A stretch of DNA of 64,000 nt, from NCBI GenBank assembly GCA_965235115.1, contig OZ249436.1, forward strand, positions 64,418,001 to 64,482,000, given 5' to 3'. Every line of letters starts with the position of its first letter. The stretch's first letter is position 1. The notes below the pieces were generated by a model. The model was not told the origin of the DNA and did no database searches. It saw only the letters and a program-made list of their open reading frames with translations. Shown piece after piece: positions 40,201-52,200 of this stretch. Made by a program: the position numbers and the translations under genes. The stretch is from Laetmonice hystrix (lineage: Eukaryota).

Positions 40201-43200
40201 GAACACATTTTTCTGCTTCAAAGACCACGGGACCAGGACAAGCTGGGGCTTGAAACCATCCAACCAACCTTTATCGTTCTGCTTACTTCTGCTGCCCGGC
40301 CTACATGACAAAGGTCCAACAGGCCTGACCCTCAGGTTACCATGGTTTACTTAACAAGCCCCTCACTGATCAGCTCCTCTCACACTCCCCACGCTTAATT
40401 AACCCAGGTGGATGTTAACAATTCACCTGCCTCGTGGACACCGCAGTGCTTGGACACAAAAAGAAACTATTCATCGTTAAATGTGGAAGACGCCGCAGCC
40501 AGAGGCCCAGATAATTGCCCATTAGACAAACGGTTGTGGGGGTATTTTCTCATGGGAAGTTGTAGGGGTGAATGGCACCGTCTGCCCTGCCGCCTTGTGC
40601 CGGATCACTTCCCAGTCCTCTGGGGGTCTGAACCTCTTCCATTCCGTCAGTGAAATATTCTCACAAACCAACAAGTCTACTCAACCTAAACGACTACATA
40701 TTGGTCAGACTACATATTCGCTGTCGCTTTACCTAACTTAACGCTGGTTCCTTCTACTGTACCGTCTGCAGTCGCTTCCGTCACGTTAGATACATGGTAA
40801 CTAGCAGAATTTGAAGAAATGCTTAGTACTACTTACCCTGAAAACATGACATCAATCACAGCAAACGGCAAACGTTATTGATAAATTAATTGATAATGTA
40901 AAATCCCTTCAGCTGGGCTGAATGGGAACTTCTTCGGCATTAATGTGCCTGCCAAATGACCACAGCTGGAACAACATATTTAGTTAACCCCTCTGCCCCC
41001 ACCCGGTCCCCTGCCCCCAGCCTGGTCACCCATCCCCTGTTTGTAGTGCATTCTCCCGTTGGACCAGTTGATTGCTGACGGGCCCTCCGCAGGCGGCTGG
41101 ATCTCTGTCTGCTAACAGTAGTAGTACACGGGGCCGTCCCCAGGTGTCGCTTGTCCTGTGACCAACCAACCATATCCGTGCGTTACGCCCGCTAGCCAGC
41201 CCGACCCACACCCCGACTGTCCCTCTGTCTACCACTAACAAATAACGGTCTAAGATCCTGTCTTCCGGTCTTGTGACCTGCTGACATAGCGATACGCTAA
41301 TGACTGAACATAACTAACATTGGTGTGACTTGACGAGTTACTTGGAAGGAGACACAAACGTGAACATTCTTTGGATTTCTAGAAGCTCGAGGCTTCACTC
41401 ATGGCCTAACTTCAACAAGCTTTACATAAGCTCCAGTTTGCGAGAAAGATCTTCTGTCTTTCACCGAAATGGTAATTCTATCTTTCCTTTGAAGTGACTG
41501 AAAATTTCAGAAAATTACTTCCTGCAGTAAAACAGTAAAACGGCATTCATACAAATGATAACATGGAATAAAGTATAATAAAATATATAATACTTACACA
41601 CTACTATCTGTCAGAGACATGGTGTCGTCGGTGAGTGCATCGCTCGAAAGACTTTGCAGTTCACTGTCCTGCGCCGATACTGGTGCGTAGGACACATGGT
41701 AAGGATTTGGGTGCGTCCGGTTGGCTTGACTTTGAGGGTAGACCCTGTAAAAATAAAACACATTCCTTTACATTTCTATCGATTACAGCAGATCCCGTTT
41801 TAAACACAAGGCCCACAACCTAACAAATGTAATCGTACATAACTTGTTTTCTTCCACGAGACATGAAGTCGTAATCAAGTCGGGGAGGTTTACAGGTCTC
41901 AGCAATCACTTACGACACCTACTAAAAGTTGCTCTCGGCGGCGGACCTTTTCAGCTAATCCTTTGCTTTTACATTCGGTGTTGGGCCCTGTGAAGCCCTA
42001 CTTGTCCCCCCTACCCTCTGGGGTCAACAGGTCACTTCCTCCGCTCAGTGCCTGCTTTGATACATGTTGCCATAGAGACTGGTCAAGCTGATGATCCCAT
42101 TGGATGGAGCCCTTCAAGTTCTCGGTGTCTCCTTCAGTGTGCACTTTGGGTTGCCTCACCCATGGGAAGGTGGATGAATGTGGCATATTATGTCAAAGGG
42201 AGGCAGTGGGGCGTTCAAGTTGGTGATGACACTGGTGATGACACTGCCGTCAGAACATCAAAGGGCGTGGGATGACATGTCGACAGTGGCCACCCACTGC
42301 CCGGCTCCCAACCCCACTTGTCTCTACGCGAGCACCACACCCCCCTCTAACTACCATCCAATGCCTCAGCAGCAACAAATGGGCGCTGGGCAAAGAGCGG
42401 TGGCAGGCTTTTTACTTTGATACAAGGAACTTGAGTCTTAGCCGTTATCCTGCTGCCCCACCTGTCAACAGACGGGAATACGACAATCCATGAAGGTATT
42501 CTGGCGGGGGATGACAGAGGTTTAGGGTCAGCCTGTCCCCAGGATGGATACAGTCCATCAATTATGCAGCCTGATCGGCCATGAACACACCTGTCGTACT
42601 TATCTCAAGGTGGCTCTTTGATTCTTCTTATCCGTTCACAGTAAGGCATCACCAGTACAACTGTTTATCGACGCTAAATGATGACATAGATAAAAGGTCA
42701 CACATTATTTGCCTGATCCCTTCATGCTCAACAGAATAATTACACCTGTAAAAAATATACAAGGATCCTAATAAATACGACTAATTAAAGCATAGGACAT
42801 ATAGGGAGGTGACGTCTACGGTAGACATTTCATAAACCAAGCACCTTGATACTTGTTTTGCAGCTGTCTGACGTTATTCCGGATCTGCTAAATGCCCATA
42901 AACAAAGTGTCGCGACTCCATTCAGGAAGACCATGTTAAAAACTCCATACGTTTGAAACCCATGCATGTATACTCCAATTTAGGGGGACGTTGATCATTC
43001 GCTGGAGTCACAGTGAGATTGCTGACCTAATTAGGGAGGTACTTACATGCTTCAAATCCTGGTGGACTGTGGTTGGAGTGCTCGGCGCTAATTACAGTAA
43101 TGAAGTATGACCCATTACTCTGACTTCACTTGTTTTTGAGGACTCATTAACCACAGCGCCGGTATGTCAGAGGTTTCTGGGGGCAACGTCCTGATGGCAG

Positions 43201-46200
43201 TCAGACGTGAATGGTGGAGAACCTTCCCAAACATTTCCGACGGCTCCGCCACCGGAAGTACACAATGATCAAAGTTGGCCTCTGATTCAATAATCACTCA
43301 GCTTTTTTTCTCTCCCCTACGCCGCCCCAGCTCCGGTTCTTCAGTTCAGTAACATCTAAAGAAATGACCTGGCCTATGAAACCAATACCGGCACGTCAAC
43401 TGCACCAGAAACTGTCTGAAGACATCCTTGTAATTATTCACAACTGATCCCATCCATGCACCCCACTCAGGCAACGACCGCCAGTCATATTCCTATCAAG
43501 CGGATGCTTTCTGCGTTTCTTTAATTTTTTCTTCTCTTTTTGTTTAAACTTTGAAAAGGAGCATTTGAAATGGTTCCGCCCAGGTCTATGACAGATGTGG
43601 GCTCGGTGAACAAACACGAGTTGATGATACGGGGCATGGATGGTCGTAGGCTTCCTTCCGTTGGGTCCGTAGTCTGTGGGTTAGTGGGGCGTTCGCTCCC
43701 TGCCTGGCTGAGGATGCAGACGGCGACCACACGGGGCCCGCCCCTGCCGGGAGGGGGATGCCCGGCCGGCCGAGGCGGGCGGTCGGTCGGCCGGCGGCAC
43801 TCACCACAAAGCTACCTCCGAGCCACATGGGGCCATGTATCGCTTTCCGCGCCAACCTTTGATCACTCCTCTAGTTTCAACACACTTTTGCTCTTTTTCT
43901 CCTGACCAGAATTCTTGGTCAAATGAAAGCCACACGTGTATATGTTGGGTGCTGCATCAACCGTTCGCCCATCTTTAGCCTGGGCTCGGCCACGCTGAGA
44001 GACCCTAACAGCCAACGATTAGCTCCCCCTCATCACCATCATCATCATTTAAGATACCTTTACAAATGTTCTGCCACCAACATGAAGATAGGATTTTTGT
44101 TGTCCCATTTTCCAGGGCCATCTGGCTTTGATGCCTGGCCTATATTGCATGGCTCATGGAAGTTAGATGCTAATGGCTTAGCCATCTGGCCCCGGCTAGG
44201 TGAACTCTTTAGTACCTTCTCATCATTTTTGCCCCCACGACTCTTTGCCATCATGTAAGTACGGATCAGAATCCCCATCGGCCATCTGTGCACCTCATAC
44301 CTACATCTGGACCCGACTTTATCATTGTTACCGGGGCACCTTGTAAGGTCGGGGAGGGAGGGGGTCGCATGGCATTGTATTGTTTCAAAGGGACCATCAG
44401 GCAAGGAAAGCATCTGTGATTATTTCTTTCATCAACTACCCTACCAGCCTGACACATCAGATGTCAAACCACAAACTAATGCGAGACAAAGAAACTTTTT
44501 TAATGTTACAGTTTCTCACAATGATTTTGGAGGTCCGACCTCTTCAGACCCCAATCTGGAGATCAAACCACAACGTCCTGGCGTGATCGTCCATTATGGG
44601 TGGGCCCATTCTTTCAGCCAGTTTGTCTCTCTTCAAAGATAATCTGCTGAGCCATCGGAACACCCAGGCATCTTTCTCATTTGCCGGCTGTCAGGAGTTG
44701 CTGTGGTAGCACAGAGGGTTCCAGTTTTTGATGGTGAAGTTTGATAGCAGTCTCTTGTGGTGCCTCTTCCTTTGACCAACAAACTCAAAGGCATACCTCG
44801 GGTGGCTTGACCCTAGTTTTCTCAGCAGGTGGCGCTGCGTGTCCCCTTCCTCTGACCCCGCCCTCGACCCAGCCAACAGTCACATACGGGGTCTAACTCT
44901 AACATGCAGTACCCCTATCTGTCCTCCGTCTGGTCGCCCCTCATACCCCAAAACCAACCTCTCGTTTTTTTTCTCGCCCCTCTCCCCTTTAGATGAGCCA
45001 AACTCGTGTATTTTGCCTCAAGGCAAACCGCGCCTGCGGGCCCCGCCTGGTGATGGTAGGGTACGGTAAACCTTAGGCAGGATGTCAGTGGCGACCGATC
45101 TGGGAACCGTGCCTCGATAGCACATGGTGGCAGACGGCACACATTACAATACCTCGGCCACACCTACCTGCGCCTCCTTCCATGGCCTAATGCCTCTCTG
45201 AACAGTGTCTATACCCGGCCTCCTGTGACCAACTTGTCCCACTCACAATTTATGTATTTGGATCAGGTTTCTGTCCCAGTATTACCCCCAGGCAAAAACC
45301 AGATGACCTTTGACCCCATCCCCAGTTGCCATAGTAACAGACACCTGGGTGTAACCCCCCTGGCCAATTGACTAATATTACATTTCTCAACATGCTATTT
45401 TCAATGCTAAGTCAAGGTTCAAGAGGAAAATGAATTTGATTGGCTTTTGATGTATTTGCCAGGATCATGTAGATCAAAAACAATACTGTCAGCAACACAC
45501 ACTGTGCCTCTTTAGGCATGCGGTCATATAGCGTGTTTGTATACATCTGTCAGGAGATCATATTCTGAATAAACACGTCCTTCCTTTTGATGTTCGCACA
45601 TCAAAAACAAAAACAAACGTGAGAAAAACTGCTGTTATGTCGGCTTGGCTGTTTGATCTTTGTAGCATGTCCCACTTTGCCACTATTATAAATGGAAATC
45701 CTCTGTCACAGGGCTCAGACATGGCCCGGCGCAGTCCAAATCCATGACATGCCTCTGCCAGGAAGCAAACTTTTTATGGTGCATTATAAATTTTGATGTG
45801 CTTGCAGTGGACCTACACACATGGACCGTGCGCATAAACCTCTGTATTTATAGCCCATTCCGTGTCAAGAAATGCAGCAGGGCAATTTCTGATAATATTT
45901 GTTAACTATTTGTTATTTGTGAAGTAGGTGCTTATCGGACCTACACTGGTGGTTTGTTGTTTGCTCATTGGTACGGCCAGCAAACTGTGCCCCCATGAGA
46001 ACTGTGAACCCAGATGAGGCAGCCTTATCAGGAAAGGAGGAGGGGGGGGGGGGTCTGCTTGCTTTGTCTTCTGACATGGGTTCAGGTCATGTTGGATCAA
46101 AGGAAACCCACGTCAAGTGGTGTTGGCATGACCTTCCCAGGGCCCCCTCATCACCCAGTTACTGATAATGGGCCGAATGTACACCAGCAGAACAAATGAC

Positions 46201-49200
46201 CGGCCAGCAGAACAAATGACCCACAGAATGCCTGTGTCTGCTTTGACTCTACCATAGCTGACCATGTGAACGACAAGCTAAGGATCCTGGCAGCGCTGTG
46301 GCTCGGTTCAGCGCGTGTCAGTCGAGGAGGATCTTTGACTCAGAGCCGGATAGAAAGAAAGCTGACAGGAAGGGGGGCTCCCAGGACGAGTGCCTTCAAC
46401 ATCAAAGGCAACTGCTCAGCCCCTGCCTGCCGACCCGTGAGATTCGGTTCATGCTGAAAGGCCTTGAGACAAAAAGCAACAGTCACCGGTCAATTATTAC
46501 CATACCAGTCCCGCCTGACCCAGATACCAGCAACATATGTAGTTATTCTGGCACCTATTCAAGACTTGCCATGCAGAATTTTAAACTAACTGCCACAAGT
46601 GGCCACAAAGATGAGTGGTAGTACCCTTTGGAGATTTCGTTTCTCTTCTTGTACTTGAAACTACGGTTACAAAAACGACTGAGAACTTGTCGGTCACTAA
46701 TTTCCTGTACTGATTCTGTTCGTTACACTACATTACCCTTTAACGACTTACATTATATAATCAATTTAAACTGTGAAACGAGGAATCCCATTTATATTCA
46801 TAGCTATGTATGGCCCCGGGAGAATTGAAATGGTACCGATATAAATTCTTCTGAAGTTAAGACGCCACTAAAACTAGGACGGGGTACTCAGACTAGTGCT
46901 GTGGAACTTAGGTTCTGGCATGGAAGAAGATGATAGAAATTCCTCGTGAAAAGATGTCAGGCTGACGTCTTGGCCCGGTTCCTAAAATCTTAAGATCTTA
47001 CTTAAGTTTAGGCTTAACGCTTCTGATTGGCTGGTCAGGCCCAGGTGTACTTCTAATGGCTTACTCTAATACCTTATCCATGATCTTCAAAATGTTTTCT
47101 CAACTGATGATGAATCCGCCTCAGTGGAAAAAGTCGATTCAGAGTCTTTGTCTTTGATCATAAACTATAGAAAAATTTGTTCCATGAAAGTTGCACCTTA
47201 GAAACGTACACTGAAATTCTTAATACATCCACAACCTTAAAAGAAACAAATTTCTACAAATCTAAAATATCAGTGGCCTGAATCTCTTTTTGTAAGTTTC
47301 AGGGCGGACACAAGCTGATTTATATGTACGTTATGTTAGTTGTTACAGATAGAGGCCTTTCCTGTCTGTGCTATCAGTAAGCGACAATGTACGAGTTGAC
47401 AATTGCCACTTGTCATGCAAAGGCTGCATTGTAATATGCAGATTTAGTTCCCCCTATCTGAAGTACTACCCTTTCTCAATCTACCCTCTTTCATCACCAT
47501 AAACACACACCCCCCCCCCAGGGGAACTAGACATCAATATAAAGTATAGCCAGACTTGTTTTACAACCTCTGAGTTTCTTTCATCACTGCTCATTTGCAA
47601 CTTTTACAGAAGACCTATTTACCTGAGAAGCGATAACCCCAAAGTCCTGCCCACATCTGTTAAGAAGTATGGCATCTAGTGCACCAAAGCCAACGGCAGG
47701 CACTATCTAAAGGCGCTCGTTTCATGAATCCCTGCTGTACCCATGCGCTGCTGCTGGCACATTTACTTACATCTGGGAACCCTAAGCCAAGTCGACGCAA
47801 CCCTGACTCAGCCTCGGGCCAGGCCGACATGCTGCAGGCTGTGCAAAACAAAGTTGCCAACAAGAAATTTAGCCCGGCCTGTATGTGTGCCTTTGGTCAG
47901 CCAAGCATAGGGATTCAGACTGGCAGGCTGTATGTGACTGGGGTCTAGATGTTCAGATCGGGTTTCTTGGGGGAGAGACCGCAACCAGGTTGGTGGGGGA
48001 CTTAGGGGGTGGAGGTGCACAAAGGTTGCAGTATTCCCTGCAAAATATTTCCTCCGGACTGAGCATCCCTGGATGATGAAAACCCCACATCAGACAGCTG
48101 CTGCACCTCGGCCCCGCCTCCCCTCATCTCGCCCTGACACCCACATCTACACAGCTACTTCGTTATTAAATAAACTTAAAACGATTTTTTTTGGTGTTGT
48201 TGCTTAACGTCTTGGGGCACATTGATAGATGCTTTGGCCCATCCAACTTTAAGCTTCAGCATGACATGTGTTTCTCGTGAACAAGCCATGTGAACAGTGA
48301 AAGTTGCTGGGTTTGTCTATATAAAAATGTTTGCTTTTAAATGTCACCAGTTTGTTGAAGTAATAAAGCATATCATTGAGTGCTGAAGTCGGAATTACTA
48401 ATAATTACTCACGAACCAACCATAAGGCAAAATATGTATCTTATCCACCTCTCTATTATTTCTCTTATAATAGTTTTGAAACTGACCAAAGATCCTCACG
48501 ACTCAAATCACTGGTTTAGATATCATAGGATGCCATACCGGTAAGAAAACTTTATAACAAGATTGCAATCAAAACTTAGCATTTAAGCTAGCAATCTTAC
48601 CTTCAACCATTAAATGTGTTCTAATTGACTGGCCTTCGTATTTCAACTACTTGAAATGAATAAAAAGTTTTAATTTTCATGTTAGGATAAACATTTCACC
48701 ACTTTTGTTCAACCATCTGTGATTTTAAGGTCAATTTTTAATTGTATATTTCTTGTATTTCCCATCTGTCAAGAGTAGGTCTACAGTAACAAGGCTCCAC
48801 GTCAGATTTTCTCCCAAGACATCACAGAACAACTGTAGCAGACACAGACGGCATGTTAATGTTTTCATCTCGCAAAAACAACTCTGAACCCGATCAGATC
48901 ATAATTTCAAAGGGATCAAACTGTCATCTACAACATGTTTCGAAAATGAAAGACCTGGGATGACATTTCTTCCAAGATCCAGCTTTCGGAAACCCAGGAT
49001 CAGGTGTTCCTACACTACATCAGGATACGCCTACTAGAGGGGTCACCAATCGACATAGCGACTGCAATGATACTGTTGATCCAAACACAGCAAAAAAAAA
49101 ACCCAGCCCACCATCTCCGCCCATACAGAGATGTGACCAGGACTCCTACGGAAAGTGAGCTCACAGTGAGAAAGATGTCCATGCCCAGTCGACGGCGGCT

Positions 49201-52200
49201 TGAACCTAACAAGCTAGACTGCCACACGAAGACACTTCAAAGGTAATTCTCCCCAGCATGAAATTATTTGGCTGCATTCCGAACCTTTGAACAGGACAAA
49301 ACTGAAAAACATAAAACATCAGTCACTGATTGCCCAATTTCCTACTCGCCGTCTATCTACCAGCCGTAGAGCTCAGCGGCTTAGTTAACCTGTGCAATCT
49401 TAAGCTCAATTCTATGGACAAAAAAAAAGAATAATGCAGTTTTATCCATGTGTGGTTAATTTCCAAGATATAACTGCAAACAAGTACCTTGTAAATTGTT
49501 TCTGATCCATAATCAAAACATGCAAAGGTTCACTGTAGCATGACACAAAAAAAGGGGCCTACGCTAATGGTGACCCAGTTTTTACGATGCACCTTACACT
49601 TCTCAACCCTTTGATCACTAATGCGCGGCAGGCAGGCAAAGAAACGGGAAAATAACTATGTGTACCACTGGAACGCTAGAAACCAGATTTTCACCTAACC
49701 TCTGACCTTACTTGCAACCCCCTGGCTCGTACAGACTCAAAATTGCCATGGGCTGACAGACACAGAACCGCTGACTGCCCCATTTTCAGAGTACCTGCCC
49801 CATTTTCAGAGAAGCGTTTTAAGATTCCCCACACGGGGCCCCCGCCATGCCACCCTGAGAGGGAGCAGTTAGTGAATGTAACCCAGTTATCTGTGGGGCC
49901 CTACTTGGCTTGGCAAAGCCCTGACCAGATCAAAGGAAAAATATCAATCTGCCCACAGGAAATTACCATGAACTGCTTAACTAGCACAGACCTTCTACTA
50001 AAGACTATCACTTAAAGACATACAGGTACAAAGCCCTGGTTGGGACTGTGGCTCAGTTTCATGACCTGGGACTGTAACTGTCCCTTTGATGTTGTGTGTT
50101 AAGACTCAATCATATAAATATTCCACTTGTGATTTTATTGATACTTCCTTAGATTTGACATAATATTACTTGTAAAGAAATATACATTATTATAAATAAT
50201 AATAAAGGCGTCATGTTAACTGGCTCTTACATAGCACCTCAGTGCCTGGACACCATTGGCACCCAATTTTCATTCCTGGCACCTTAAAGTTAAAATGCCT
50301 AAATTATACACCCTAGTGGCTTGTAGAAAATTCTGATAAAAATTGCAAATTTTTGGCAAAGTTACTGGCTTGTAGCATGGATCAAAATATCAGATGGACT
50401 CAATCTTCAGAGGGATACTGAAGCCAGTTGAAACAAGTGCCGTGAACTCTCGATTAAAGCTGTGATTATTTATTATTAACAAAGACAAATCCTTTCTATG
50501 TGTTTTTTTTGTTCCTGTTTATAGTTTGTTTTGTTACTTTCCGATTTGGTTGTTGGGCTAGTGAGTTCTATGTCTGGCTGGTAAACCTTTTAAAAAGCCT
50601 GACTGTCTTGTTGGTAAAAAGTTAAGTTACAGTGCTGACCATAGTTCTATATATTCAGTCTGAATCTCTCACTGATGTTTTGGGACAAAAGCCACCTTGT
50701 AAGCCCATATATCACACAGCTAAGAATGCAGTATACTTAGACTTAGTTTACGTCTACCTGACAATTCTAATAGTTCAAAGGCCACGTAGGACACATAATC
50801 TCCAACCACAAAATGACTTAATCCTATTTATTCATAGTTTTTCCCAAAAGTTTCACAAACTCTGTTCAAAGATTCAAGGACTATAAAAAAAACCCTGAAA
50901 TGTTGGGGGAAAAAATGCAATTATTTCGGCTCTATGCAAAACTGATTTTGTATCCAGGATAAATAAACTATTTGTGAACGAAGATTTTCAGGTTTACCTC
51001 ACAAGTTGTGATGTGATACTGAACTTTTAAAGGCCTGCTACATACGGATGGAAATAGAGGAAAATCATAAATATGTAATTATTTACAGATCTTTCTGTAA
51101 TTCTACTTATCTAAAAAATATATACATGTAAGTATAAAGCTAATATGTTTCAACAAAATTCAGTGCAGGGCAGTAGTTTTGCGCTAGCACCTAAGGTGCA
51201 AGATCTGTGTTCAGTTAACAAGGGGTGCAGGTGGGGGCTAACTTTTATTTTAACCCTTTCTAGTCTTGCCCAGTACCCTGCCAGGGGACGGGGGGATTTT
51301 CAGCGAAAATTACACAAAAGATTCATAGGGGGGAAAAAAAGTCCATAGATTATATTTAAGCAAGTTTGATATGATTGGAGACATGTTAGACTTTCAAAAT
51401 AAATCATTATTTTGGCAGGTGTTTGACTCCTGACCATTTGATCTTTGACTTTGACCGGTCCAAAAAATTTCATCCAGTATCCCATATAGGACACGCCCAG
51501 GATGGTTTTTCATCCCGTATGTGGTACGGGATACGACTGGAAAGGGTTAACAATCATCATAAAAACAAAGTGTAAGAATTTTCATCTGATCTCATTCAGT
51601 CATCTTGTTTTAGTGAAGCTTTCCACAATAGCCTTAATTCCGATTATAAAAAATTTTCACTCTGGCAATGTTTTTTTTATTTTTCGCTTGATACTTGGGC
51701 TGTCACTATTGTATAGATTCCTTAAAATATAAAAGAAACCATTTTGCTGACAGATTTAGTTTGACCTTGTTATGACCTCCCACCTAACTGGCATTATCTC
51801 CATATTAATGGTCACTTCCTTTGAGTGTTCCTGTATGTACAATTCTTTGTTCTTTGAAATAAGGATTTTTTTTTATCCCTTATTGCATAGAGCCCCTTCA
51901 ATTCCCAGCCTGTATGTATGTATCCAGTGACTAGACTCTAAGCTCAAAGTTAATAAAAGACTGTGCTCAAACTCATTTGGTCAGGAATCCCGACCCTGAT
52001 GCGAAACAGATCGAGATTCTGTCATCTTTCATCAAGGCAACCAGTATCATTCATACTGGGGCCTGTCAAGCAATTACCCCTCTTTTAGAACTAAGCCCTT
52101 CCATTTAGACCTCCCTACAAATGTTTCTTTACATCCAAATCACATCAATTCAGGAAATTATTTATGAAATTATCCTTGTTTGAAAAGAATATGTATCCTT

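Noticed and set aside
40837-40965. 129-nt phase 2-2 pseudo-exon with donor AGG|GTAAGT
   Set aside because: It contains an in-frame TAA. It could be a poison exon, but nothing else supports that.
45168-45197. 30-nt stop-free phase 2-2 segment with donor CAG|GTAGGT
   Set aside because: The acceptor is only moderate, and such short matches arise by chance in a 10.9-kb intron.
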